Assembly: GCA_044222475.1 (NCBI GenBank)
Contig: JBGANF010000011.1
Coordinates: 32,001 to 96,000 of the forward strand
Source of the DNA: Polyangiaceae bacterium
GTDB taxonomy: Bacteria; Myxococcota_A; Polyangia; Polyangiales; Polyangiaceae
Direction: 5' to 3'
DNA: 64,000 nt
The position numbers were made by a program, and so were the translations under genes. The notes beneath the pieces are model-generated. The model saw nothing but the letters and a program-made list of their open reading frames with translations, ran no database searches and was not told the DNA's origin. This document shows, piece by piece, positions 43,534-52,511 of the stretch (its first letter is position 1; every line of letters begins with the position of its first letter).

Positions 43534-45109
43534 AGTCCTTCGCGGGGACCATGCTCATCGCGCGCTCGGCGAGGGCGGTGATCGTCAGCGACGGGTTCAC
43601 CCCGGGGTTCGCCGACACCGCGCTGCCGTCGATCACGTACAGACCGTCGTAGCCGAACACCCGGTGCGCGTGGTCGATGACGCCGCGCGCGGAGTCTTCG
43701 CCCATGCACGCGCCGCCGAGGATGTGGGCCGTCGACGGTACGCCGAGGATCGTCTCGGTCGCCAACGTCGCCGCGACGCCGCCGACCTTCTCGGCGAAGC
43801 GGCGCGCGATGTCCCGAGCCTCGGGCATGTTCGCTTGCGGCGCGGGGTTGCCTTCGTCGAGCACGGTGTCGAGCCCGAGGGTGAACCCGGTGCGTGCGCT
43901 GCGCGCGAGGCGCACCCTCAGCGACCCCTCGAGGGTGCGCATGTAGAGGAGCACTTGGCTCTGCTTGGCGAAGTCGCGCACGGCGTACGCCTTGGTCCAG
44001 GCGACGGGGCTCCCGAAGAAGCTCCGCGCCGCTCCGGCGAGCCGCGCGAGCGCGTTCTCCCCCGAGGTCTGCGGGAGGATCATCGTTCGGAAGAAGCCGG
44101 AGCCCTTGCCGTACCGAACCGGCTCGACGTGGCTGTGGTCGTCGGTGTGGAGGATCGACGTGATCGCCACGCCGCGCGAGAGGTCCTCGTCCCCGTTTGG
44201 TACGATGACGCCGCACAGCGCCTCGGAGTTGGTGCGGACGGCGTCGCCCACGCGCTCGGAGAGCCGGGGTAGTCCGTCGCGGTCAGCCTTCATCGCGAGC
44301 AAGAGGGGGAGGGTGCCCATCACGCCGCCCGCGAACACGACGCGGTCCGCGGTGAATCGCGACGCGTCGATCCGTTGGCCGAAGGAACCGCGGACGTCGA
44401 TCGTGTACCCGCCTCCGTCGCGAGCCGCGACCGCGGTGACCTCGGTCTCTGCAAGGACCTGGACGCCGCGCTTCTCGGCGAGCCAGAGGTAGTTCTTGTC
44501 GAGCGTGTTCTTCGCTCCGACGCGGCAGCCGGTCATGCAGGCGCCGCAGAAGGTGCAACCTACACGTTCCGGACCTTCTCCTCCGAAGTAGGGGTCTCGT
44601 GCCTTCTCCCCCGGCTTGCCGAAGTAGACGGCGACGTTCGTCATCTCGAAGCGGTCCTCGCGGCCGAGGTCCTTGGCGATCTCGCGCAGGACGCGGTCGC
44701 CGCGGGTCTCGACCGGGTTCTGCGCGGCGCCGAGCATCCGCCGCGCGGTGGCGTAGTGCGGGCCGAGCTCGTCCTTCCAGCGGGCGAGGTCGGCCCACGA
44801 TCGCGCCGCGAAGAAGTCGTCCTTCGGGATCGGAAGGGTGTTTGCGTAGACGAGCGACCCGCCGCCGACGCCGACGCCGTGGAGCACGGTGACGTGCTTC
44901 AGGAAGCTCATCTGGAAGATGCCCTTGAGCCCGGCGCGGGGCATCCACATCCAGCGCCGGAGATCCCAGTTGGTCTTCGGAAAATCGGACGGGGCGAAAC
45001 GGCGCCCCTTCTCGATGACGAGGACACGGTAGCCCTTCTCTGCGAGGCGCAGCGCGCTCACGCTTCCGCCGAACCCGGACCCGATCACGATGACGTCGAA
45101 GTGGCTCAC
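43514..45109 (-). CDS. GMC oxidoreductase (cholesterol oxidase-like)
   Basis: IVIGSGFGG, GVGGGSLVYAN, CTFCGACMTGC..GAKNTLDKNYL, TAHILGG, GVNPSLTITALAER. Confidence 0.92.
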   Translation of the reverse strand: MSHFDVIVIGSGFGGSVSALRLAEKGYRVLVIEKGRRFAPSDFPKTNWDLRRWMWMPRAGLKGIFQMSFLKHVTVLHGVGVGGGSLVYANTLPIPKDDFFAARSWADLARWKDELGPHYATARRMLGAAQNPVETRGDRVLREIAKDLGREDRFEMTNVAVYFGKPGEKARDPYFGGEGPERVGCTFCGACMTGCRVGAKNTLDKNYLWLAEKRGVQVLAETEVTAVAARDGGGYTIDVRGSFGQRIDASRFTADRVVFAGGVMGTLPLLLAMKADRDGLPRLSERVGDAVRTNSEALCGVIVPNGDEDLSRGVAITSILHTDDHSHVEPVRYGKGSGFFRTMILPQTSGENALARLAGAARSFFGSPVAWTKAYAVRDFAKQSQVLLYMRTLEGSLRVRLARSARTGFTLGLDTVLDEGNPAPQANMPEARDIARRFAEKVGGVAATLATETILGVPSTAHILGGACMGEDSARGVIDHAHRVFGYDGLYVIDGSAVSANPGVNPSLTITALAERAMSMVPAKDSRQRPA

Positions 45110-45160
45110 GCGGGGTACTTTACTTGGCCCTGAGCCGGCCCGCGAACGATGATCGCATCC

Positions 45161-45487
45161 ATGGAGCTCGCCGAACGCCGTCATCGCCGCAGCGAAAGGC
45201 CCAACGAGGCCCTTTCGCTGTTCTTCGACCACGCCCAGACCAAGCTCGGCGTACGAGCGCTCACCCTCGGGACTCGAGACGGGCGCCTCCTCGCTGGTGC
45301 TGGCGAGGACCTCGAAGAGATCGCCGAGCTCGGCGCCCTCGTCGACAAGGGGCACGTCGTCGCCCGTCGCGCGCTGCGGCTTGCGACGTGGCGCATGAAG
45401 GTCGGCGGACAGGACGTCGTCGTCACGTCGTGGGGAGGGGCTCTCGGTCCCGACCTCGCGGACGCGGTGCGGCGCATCCTGAGCTAG
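45161..45487 (+). CDS. Small hypothetical protein, possibly Roadblock/LC7-like
   Basis: ALTLGTRDGRLLAGAG resembles the roadblock beta-hairpin. Family call is weak. Confidence 0.6.
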   Translation: MELAERRHRRSERPNEALSLFFDHAQTKLGVRALTLGTRDGRLLAGAGEDLEEIAELGALVDKGHVVARRALRLATWRMKVGGQDVVVTSWGGALGPDLADAVRRILS

Positions 45488-45490
45488 CCG

Positions 45491-47368
45491 TCACTGACGG
45501 TCGTCGCGGAACGCGCAGCGACCGTCGCACGCAGTGCGCAGATCGAGCGAGGGGCTCGCCCCTTCGTCGATGCTCGCCCGCGCGAGCTCGCGCACGACCG
45601 GCCACGGGATCCGATCCTCCTCGGCGAGCATGTCGCCGTGGACGATGCCCGGTCCGCCGGTGATGAACAGGACGTTGTCGGGACCGTCGGGGGAGTCTCC
45701 CGTCCACCGGCCGCCGACGAGCTCGCCGCGCTCGTCGAGCGCGAGCGTCGCTTCGTAGCGCATGATCACCGGGACGACGCCCACGCGCGCGTAGCGCGTT
45801 CGGTCGCCGGACGGATCGGGGACGTCGGCGCGGGCGTAGTGGAGCGTGGTCGAGCTCAGCGTGAGCTCGAGCGTGACGTCGACGAGGGACGCGACCTTGG
45901 GCGCCAGCGCGCGATCGATCGCGACGTCGCCGATCGGGTGGGGCTCGCGCGCGACGTGGATCGTCGCGCCCGCTACTGCGTAGTACTGGATCGCCACCGA
46001 CGGCACCGCCTCGACCAGGAACGATTGGTGCGCGATCCCGATGCGGTTGGCGATCGCCATCACGAGAACCGCCGGGTTCATGCTGCACGTGGCACCTGGA
46101 TCGAACGAGACGGTGTTGCAGAAGCCGCCGACGACGCGCATCTCGGTCGCGTGGTGGTACGCGACCGCGACGAGCGCCTTCACGTCGTTCGGGTGAAAAC
46201 GGACGTGGCTGCCATCGACGCCGACGACGTCGACCACGCGAAACGGCTCGGGCTCGGTGAGCGAAGCGGCCGCGACGCCGTTGCACCGGCCGTTCCAGAA
46301 ATGCGGGCTGCTCTCGTGGCCGTGGCTCGCCGAAGCCTGACGCGTGATCGGGAAGTCGAAGTGGCCGAGCGCGAGATCGAGCTTCTCCGTCGGCGCGAGG
46401 CTGAAGATGCGTGCTTCGGCGGCGCCGTCACCGCCGTTGGCCGCCTTCAGCCACGCGCGCGCCTCCGACTCTTCCGGCGGACCGAAGCCAAAGAGCGTTC
46501 GCCAGACGAGGCGCGGTTTGCCCTCGCTCCACCGACCCGACTCGCCGCCGTACCACGCGGGGAAGAAGCTCGACGACCAGCCGGGGTTCGCAGGTGCGAG
46601 GTTCTTCTCGAGGAGATCCATCGCCCGTAGCGCAGCGAACGTGGTCACGAGCTTCCCCTCCGGCAGGTCGCCGTGGGGGATGTCGTCCGGAACGCCGGCG
46701 TCGACGCTTCCGACGGCCTCGACGACGCGCGGCACGCGAGGCGCGAAGTACTCGGGGAAGCTCCCGCGAAGGACGAGGACCATGGCGAGCCAAGAAGCCG
46801 CGACCAGGCGGGTGCGCATCGGAAGTCGGAAGTGATGCTCGTCGCGCGAACGCCAGATCGCGACCACGATCGCGAGCGGGAGCACGACGTAGAACAGCTC
46901 GTTCGCGATCCCCAGAATGCCCCACTGGCTCAAAGTCCCGGCTGTCCCAAGCTGGTACGCCGGGACGATCTCGAACGGGAAGAAGTGTCGCCCGTTCTCG
47001 AGCGGGGCGAGAAGCGCGACGCCCACGTCGGCGTGGGTCATCGCGTCCACGAGCCCGTGCGACGCGGTGGCGAAGAAGAGGAAGGCCACGACGTGCCACC
47101 ACGCGCGGCTGCCGATCTTCTGGGCGCGAAAGAACCCGAGCGCGCAGGCGAGCGCGATCCCGGCAGCGACGACGAGCGAGTGGCTCAGCCCGCGGTGGCC
47201 GAGGAGGTCGGTGGCGCGGATCTCGAACGCGAAGGTCGCGAAGTCCACGTCGGGGAGCCACGCGCAGACGACCGAGGCGATCGCGAGGCGTCGAGCAGGC
47301 GCGGGCGGCGGGTCGAGCGCGGTGAGGACGATGAGCGGGACCGCGGCGTGGACGAGGAGCGACGCCAT
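45491..47368 (-). CDS. YdjM-type membrane metal-dependent hydrolase fused to a transglutaminase-elicitor (GP42-like) domain
   Basis: N-terminal H, LPDVD, HRGLSHS, SHGLVDAMT; C-terminal LAPTEKLD, WNGRCNG.AAAS..EPEP, FHPNDVKAL, MNPA, LDERGELVGGRW. Confidence 0.78.
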   Translation of the reverse strand: MASLLVHAAVPLIVLTALDPPPAPARRLAIASVVCAWLPDVDFATFAFEIRATDLLGHRGLSHSLVVAAGIALACALGFFRAQKIGSRAWWHVVAFLFFATASHGLVDAMTHADVGVALLAPLENGRHFFPFEIVPAYQLGTAGTLSQWGILGIANELFYVVLPLAIVVAIWRSRDEHHFRLPMRTRLVAASWLAMVLVLRGSFPEYFAPRVPRVVEAVGSVDAGVPDDIPHGDLPEGKLVTTFAALRAMDLLEKNLAPANPGWSSSFFPAWYGGESGRWSEGKPRLVWRTLFGFGPPEESEARAWLKAANGGDGAAEARIFSLAPTEKLDLALGHFDFPITRQASASHGHESSPHFWNGRCNGVAAASLTEPEPFRVVDVVGVDGSHVRFHPNDVKALVAVAYHHATEMRVVGGFCNTVSFDPGATCSMNPAVLVMAIANRIGIAHQSFLVEAVPSVAIQYYAVAGATIHVAREPHPIGDVAIDRALAPKVASLVDVTLELTLSSTTLHYARADVPDPSGDRTRYARVGVVPVIMRYEATLALDERGELVGGRWTGDSPDGPDNVLFITGGPGIVHGDMLAEEDRIPWPVVRELARASIDEGASPSLDLRTACDGRCAFRDDRQ

Positions 47369-47377
47369 CGGGTGCGA

Positions 47378-47908
47378 TCAGGCCGGAGGCGCGGGGGCTT
47401 TCGCGCGGCGAGGCCAGAGGGCGTAGATCCAGAACGGCGCGAAGATGAGGATCTCGGCGCCCACGACGCGAGCCCCGCGGGCGGAGAGCAGCCCCGCGCC
47501 GATCGGCGAGATCGGGATGAAGCGGAGGGGCGACCAGAATCGCTCGTCGGAGAACGGCCAGAGCAGCGCGCAACCGAGGCCGCCGCCGTAGGTCATCGTG
47601 TCGAGGAGGGGATGGCTGAGCGCGACGAGCCCCGCGAACGCCGCGGTGCGCGCCGGCGGGAGGCTGCGGCGCTGCGCGAAGGCGTAGGCGAGCAATCCGA
47701 CGAGCGCGGCCATGACGAGCGAGTGCGTCGCGCCGCGGTGACCGAACGAGTCGCCGTAGCGGATCCCGAAGACGAAGCCGATCGCGTCGGCGTCGGGCGC
47801 GAGCGAGATGATCGAGAAGGCCATCGCGGCGCGTTTGGCGACCTCGCGATCGGCACTGAACGCGCGCCCGGCCGCGAGGCCGACGAAGACGTGCCCGATG
47901 CTCGCCAT
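47378..47908 (-). CDS. YdjM/YbcI-family membrane metal-dependent hydrolase
   Basis: GH, APDAD, GHRGATHSL, SHPLLDTMT.GG.G..LLWPFS.ER, IPISPIG. Confidence 0.9.
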   Translation of the reverse strand: MASIGHVFVGLAAGRAFSADREVAKRAAMAFSIISLAPDADAIGFVFGIRYGDSFGHRGATHSLVMAALVGLLAYAFAQRRSLPPARTAAFAGLVALSHPLLDTMTYGGGLGCALLWPFSDERFWSPLRFIPISPIGAGLLSARGARVVGAEILIFAPFWIYALWPRRAKAPAPPA

Positions 47909-47924
47909 GAGCGGCGAGTCTAAC

Positions 47925-48695
47925 TCAGTGAACGCTGCAGCGCGCGTCGGAGTAGATGCGCACGCGCGAGCTGCTCGCGATGTCGGTCTTGACGTGGTGG
48001 AGGAAGTCGTCGCGAGCTGCCTGATCCGCGCCGAAGTCGAAGCACTCGTTGTGCTCGCCCTCTTTGCCCCACGGGAAGCTCGCGCGCTTCACGCCGGGCC
48101 ACGCCTTCACGACCTGGTCGAGCGCTTGCTCGGCGCGGGCGTCGGTGCCGTTGCCCGGGCTGAAGAACACGACGACGAGCTCGAAGCGTTTTTCGGCGAC
48201 GTCGAAGTCGTGCTTGCACTCGTGGTGCTCGAGGACGTCGACGTTCTTCGCCGGCTGCATCGCCGCGCGGACCTTCGCCACGAGGGCGGCGCGGTCGGCC
48301 GGTGCGAGGCGGTCGACGTCGGCGCACTCGTCGACCTCGCCCTCGCGGCCCCATCGACCGTGAGCCCGCCCGAGGCTGGGCGTCGCGTCGAAGATCGCAT
48401 CGAGGCGGGTGCGCGCATCGCGATCGATGCCTTGGCCCTGGCTGCGGAAGCTGACGACGAGATCGTACGGCTTGCTCGCGACCGGCGGCGGAGCTTCGCC
48501 CCCTCCCTTCCGTTCGTCCTTGGGGGCAGCGGCCGCCACGGCCTGGGCGGGTGGCGGACTCTCTTCGGCGACGACGACCGGCCCGCTCCCTTGCACGTTC
48601 CCCTGCGCGTTCGCCGGTGCAGCAGCCGGCGCGCAGGCGCCGACCGCGATCACGAGCGGGAGCAGGAGCGCGATGCCGCGTGGCGGATTCGGCAT
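47925..48695 (-). CDS. Lipoprotein with two tandem WG(R/K)EGE domains
   Basis: Lipobox VGAC; two repeats LVVxFxSxGxGxD...WG(R/K)EGExxxC...C. Confidence 0.75.
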   Translation of the reverse strand: MPNPPRGIALLLPLVIAVGACAPAAAPANAQGNVQGSGPVVVAEESPPPAQAVAAAAPKDERKGGGEAPPPVASKPYDLVVSFRSQGQGIDRDARTRLDAIFDATPSLGRAHGRWGREGEVDECADVDRLAPADRAALVAKVRAAMQPAKNVDVLEHHECKHDFDVAEKRFELVVVFFSPGNGTDARAEQALDQVVKAWPGVKRASFPWGKEGEHNECFDFGADQAARDDFLHHVKTDIASSSRVRIYSDARCSVH

Positions 48696-48743
48696 GCCTC
48701 CAAAGACGTGGTTCGACGAAATTCGATCTGCCGGAGCTTGTCC

Positions 48744-48772
48744 TTGACAGGGGGCCCGGAATTTCCCATATT
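48744..48772 (+). promoter_or_regulatory. Sigma70-type promoter
   Basis: TTGACA (48744-48749), 17-nt spacer, CATATT (48767-48772). Confidence 0.8.
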
Positions 48773-48800
48773 CCCGCGCCCTTTCGAAGGACGGACGACC

Positions 48801-48959
48801 ATGGTTTCCTCGACGAAGCAGTTCGAGCGCATTCGCAAGCGCAAGAAGACGACCAGCGGCAAGCGGAACAAGCGCGAGCTGCGCGCTCTCGGTACGCCGG
48901 CTTTCGCAATCCATCCCGAGGGTTACGACCCGAAGGCTGCGGACGCGAAAAAAGCCTGA
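48801..48959 (+). CDS. Small, very basic protein (52 aa)
   Basis: MVSSTKQFERIRKRKKTTSGKRNKRELRALGTPAFAIHPEGYDPKAADAKKA; SD GAAGGA; own promoter; downstream hairpin CAGGCC...GGCCTG. Confidence 0.8.
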   Translation: MVSSTKQFERIRKRKKTTSGKRNKRELRALGTPAFAIHPEGYDPKAADAKKA

Positions 48960-48985
48960 GGCAGGCCTGAGTCGGGCCTGACGGC

Positions 48986-49828
48986 CTACTGGCACGCCAC
49001 CGGGGCCGAGTCTTTCGCGCCCCCGGCCACCGCGTTGCCCTTTTCCATCAAGCGCCGCGCGACCGCGATGTCCAGGCGGAACGCCGTCGTCGTACGACGG
49101 GCGGCTCCGTTCGGGTCGTCTTGGTGCGAAACCACGCCGAAGCCGGTCGCGTTGCCGTCGAAGACGATGCCGCCGACGTCGCCCTTGCACATGGGGATGT
49201 CGAAGACGACCGCGTCGCCTTCGCGCTCGATCACCTGACCGGTTCGATCGGAGAAGCCGCGCGTCTCGCCGCGGCAACGGCCGAACCCGAGCGCGCGCAC
49301 CGGCGCGCCGGGCGCGGGCGCCGTCGCGAGCTCGAGCGGCTTGGTCGTCGTCACGGCTTCGTCGAGCACGAGCAGCGCGGCGTCGAACGTCGCCCAGTCG
49401 CAGTCGGCGGTGACGACCTGGGTGACCTTGCGAGCCGTCCACGTGAGCGTCGTCGACGCGATCTCGACGCGGTACGACTCCTTGTCGGCCACGGCCGCGA
49501 CGCCGCGCGTCTCGTTTCCGACGCACTGGTGGGCCGTGATGACGAGCTGCGGTGCGACGAGCGCGCCGCTGCAGACGCCCTTCGGCGTGTGGATGTGCAC
49601 CATCGCGCGTTCGGCCGGGGTCTTGACGAACGGATGCTCGGGTTCGACGAGCTCGGAGTCCGCCTCGAGCTCCAACGTGTCGTCGAAGTGGGTGTGCGAC
49701 GAGCCGGCAGGGTTTCCGCCGGTGCGCGGGTCCTCGTAGTTGGCGACGCGAAGCTGCGGCGCTCCGCCACACGCTGCGAGGACGAAAGCAGCGACGGCCA
49801 TGCGCGCCAAGGCTGAAGTCAGATGCAT
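48986..49828 (-). CDS. Trypsin-like (S1) lipoprotein, probably catalytically inactive
   Basis: Lipobox LAAC; CSGALVAP..VITAHQC, DAALL, GFG, CKGDVGG. Confidence 0.8.
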   Translation of the reverse strand: MHLTSALARMAVAAFVLAACGGAPQLRVANYEDPRTGGNPAGSSHTHFDDTLELEADSELVEPEHPFVKTPAERAMVHIHTPKGVCSGALVAPQLVITAHQCVGNETRGVAAVADKESYRVEIASTTLTWTARKVTQVVTADCDWATFDAALLVLDEAVTTTKPLELATAPAPGAPVRALGFGRCRGETRGFSDRTGQVIEREGDAVVFDIPMCKGDVGGIVFDGNATGFGVVSHQDDPNGAARRTTTAFRLDIAVARRLMEKGNAVAGGAKDSAPVACQ

Positions 49829-50033
49829 CGATCTCGTCTCGGCATCTCGTTGCCCTCGAGCAGCGGCAGCAGGACGAATGCGGCGGGGCCGCTGCCCGCT
49901 CCCTGAAAGCGTGCGATCGACATGCGCCGGTTCGTCCCCCTACCGGTGCTCGGCTTCGGCGCAGGTTCGAGCTGCGGGGTCATTTCAACCGGGCACGGTG
50001 TTGGGCGGTTCATTGGAGAAGAGACTAGCAAGC

Positions 50034-50660
50034 TCAGGGTTTCGCGTCGCGCCGCAAGAGCTCGGCGGCGACGGCGACCTTGCCCGCGCCGGCGCCGACC
50101 GCGACGCGAACGGTGACCTTCGACGCCGCGCCGCAGAAGACGATGCTCGCGACCGAACGCGAGATCGCGTCGCCGGGTAGCTCCGCGATCGGGGCGCCGC
50201 GCGAGTCTTCGACGACGACGACGTAGCTCTTCACCGAAGCATCGGCCGACGCGACGACGACGGCGCAGTCCTTCAGCTGGAAGTCGAAGGTGGTCGCCGC
50301 GCTGGTCGAGTCGAGCGTCGCGACTTGGGGCGCGAGCCCGGTCGAGTCGCGGCGTGCGCCGGAGCAGAGCTTGGCCAGCGCCTCGACGGTGGACTTCGCG
50401 TCCTTGCCGGTCGCCGCGGCCGCGTTGCACCGCGCGGAGCCGTCTCCGGTGACGTCCTTGGAGGTGAGCTGGAGCGGCGGCGGCAACTTGGCCGAAGGGA
50501 GCGCCGACGAGATGAGCACCGGAGGCGGCGCGCCCGCGTCGGCGCTGGCGGAGCCGGAGGTCGGCGCCTTGACCGGGGGCGTCGGCCCGCCGCAGTGGAG
50601 CGCGAGAGCGCTCGCGGGGAGGAGCACTGCCGCCAAAGCGAGGGAGCGCACGGGTCGCAC
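50034..50660 (-). CDS. Hypothetical lipoprotein
   Basis: Hydrophobic leader ending LALHC; Pro-rich linker; beta-rich C-terminal domain. Confidence 0.65.
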   Translation of the reverse strand: MRPVRSLALAAVLLPASALALHCGGPTPPVKAPTSGSASADAGAPPPVLISSALPSAKLPPPLQLTSKDVTGDGSARCNAAAATGKDAKSTVEALAKLCSGARRDSTGLAPQVATLDSTSAATTFDFQLKDCAVVVASADASVKSYVVVVEDSRGAPIAELPGDAISRSVASIVFCGAASKVTVRVAVGAGAGKVAVAAELLRRDAKP

Positions 50661-50717
50661 GGGCGCGACGGTAGCCGAATGCGAACCGAATGTCTCTCGT
50701 AGGCTAGGATCGGTTCG

Positions 50718-51713
50718 ATGGAGTCCCCCGAGATCCCCGCGATCCGCATCGTGCCCGCCGATGCCCCGGGGGCGCTCGATTTGGCCGTGAGCAGGCTCCG
50801 TGAGGGGAAGCTCGTCGCGGTCCCCACCGAGACGGTGTACGGCCTCGCCGCTCGCGCCGGCGACGAGGCCGCGGTCCGCAGCGTGTTTGCGGCGAAAGGC
50901 CGGCCGAGCACCCACCCGCTCATCGTCCACGTGCGGGGCGAAGGCGACGCGCTCGCGTACGCGGCCGAGTGGCGACCGCGCGTCGCTGCGCTCGCGGCCG
51001 CGTTCTGGCCCGGGCCGTTGACCCTGGTCGTACCAAAAAGGGACACGGTGTCCGCGATCATCACCGGCGGTGGCGACTCGGTGGCCCTCCGCGCGCCGCG
51101 GCACCCGGTGACGCTCGCGATCCTCGAGCGCCTCGGCGAAGGCTTCGTCGCGCCGAGCGCCAACCGCTACCAGACCGTCTCGCCGACTCGAGCCGAGCAC
51201 GTCGCCTCGTCGTTCGAGGGATCACCAGTCGACGTCCTCGTGATCGACGGCGGTCCGTGCAGCGAGGGATTGGAGTCGACGGTCCTCGACGTCCGGACGG
51301 ACGTCGCGCGCATCCTCCGACCAGGGATGATCACCCCAGACGCGATCGCGGCGGTGTGGGGCGGGCGGGTCGAGTCGGCCACGGCTCCGGTCGGGGAGGG
51401 GCCCCGCCCGTCCCCGGGGATGGATCGGCGGCACTACGCGCCGCGGGCTCGCCTCGAGCTCGCCGCCTCGCGGGAGCTGGCCACGCGCCGCGCAGCGGAG
51501 CTCGCGGGGCGCCGGGTGGCGCGCGTCAGCTTCGGCCCGAGCCCGGGGGCGGTGGAGCTGCCCGCCGACGCGCCGGCGGCGTCGCGCGAGCTCTACGATC
51601 TCCTGCACCGCCTCGACGCCGAGGGGTTCGAGCACGTGATCGTCGAGGCTCCACCCCCCGAAATCGCCTGGGAAGCCCTGCGCGACCGTCTCACCCGGGC
51701 GGCAGGAGACTAG
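50718..51713 (+). CDS. tsaC: L-threonylcarbamoyladenylate synthase (Sua5 type)
   Basis: PTETVYGL, KGRP..PLIVH, FWPGPLTL, APSAN, GLESTVLD, SPGM..RHYAP. Confidence 0.95.
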   Translation: MESPEIPAIRIVPADAPGALDLAVSRLREGKLVAVPTETVYGLAARAGDEAAVRSVFAAKGRPSTHPLIVHVRGEGDALAYAAEWRPRVAALAAAFWPGPLTLVVPKRDTVSAIITGGGDSVALRAPRHPVTLAILERLGEGFVAPSANRYQTVSPTRAEHVASSFEGSPVDVLVIDGGPCSEGLESTVLDVRTDVARILRPGMITPDAIAAVWGGRVESATAPVGEGPRPSPGMDRRHYAPRARLELAASRELATRRAAELAGRRVARVSFGPSPGAVELPADAPAASRELYDLLHRLDAEGFEHVIVEAPPPEIAWEALRDRLTRAAGD

Positions 51714-51746
51714 GCGTTCGAGAAGCGCTCTAGTGCTATACGTCTC

Positions 51747-52511
51747 GTGGTGTCTCGCTCGTCGCCGATCGCCTTGGTCACCGGGGGCAGCCGTGGGGTC
51801 GGCGCGGCGATCGCCCGTCGCCTCGCGGAGGCCGGCCACCGGGTGGCCGTTCTCGGGCGCGACGTCGAGGCGCTGGAGGCGGTCGCCAAGTCGATCGAAG
51901 GGCTCCCGCTGGTCGCCGACCTGACCGATCCGGTTCACGTCGCGCGCGCGTTGGAGCAGCTGGACGAGCGCTGGGGCGCTCCGTCCATCCTGGTACAGAA
52001 CGCCGGCATCGCCGAGAGCGCGCCGCTCGCGAAGACGACCGACGAGATGTGGGCGCGCACCTTCGAGGTGAACGTGCACGCGCCGTTTCGCCTCGCGCGC
52101 ACGCTCGTCCCCACGATGGCGAAGCACGGCTGGGGTCGAGTGATCCACGTGGCGTCGAACGCCGGCCTCACCGGCTACGCGTACACGTCTGCCTACTGCG
52201 CGTCGAAGCACGCGCTGGTCGGGCTGACGCGGGCGCTCGCGGCCGAGCTGGCGCGGACCGGCGTCACCGTGAACGCCGTGTGCCCGGGCTTCGTCGACAC
52301 CGACATGACCGAGCGCACGATCGCTCGTATCGTGGAGACGACCGGGCGCCCGCGAGAAGCGGCGCGCGCGGCGCTCGAAGAGCTCTCGCCCCAGCGGCGA
52401 CTGATCGAAGTGGACGAGGTGGCGCACGTCGTCGCGATGCTGTGCGGCGAAGGTGCACGGGGAATCAACGGGCAAGCGATTGCCATCGATGGTGGACAGG
52501 TGATGCGATGA
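51747..52511 (+). CDS. Short-chain dehydrogenase/reductase
   Basis: TGGSRGVG, NAG, YCASK, VNAVCPGF.DT. Confidence 0.93.
   Translation: MVSRSSPIALVTGGSRGVGAAIARRLAEAGHRVAVLGRDVEALEAVAKSIEGLPLVADLTDPVHVARALEQLDERWGAPSILVQNAGIAESAPLAKTTDEMWARTFEVNVHAPFRLARTLVPTMAKHGWGRVIHVASNAGLTGYAYTSAYCASKHALVGLTRALAAELARTGVTVNAVCPGFVDTDMTERTIARIVETTGRPREAARAALEELSPQRRLIEVDEVAHVVAMLCGEGARGINGQAIAIDGGQVMR

Noticed and set aside
45110..45355. N-terminal extension of the GMC oxidoreductase
   Set aside because: It overlaps the divergent small gene; the FAD-binding motif begins right after GTG 45109.
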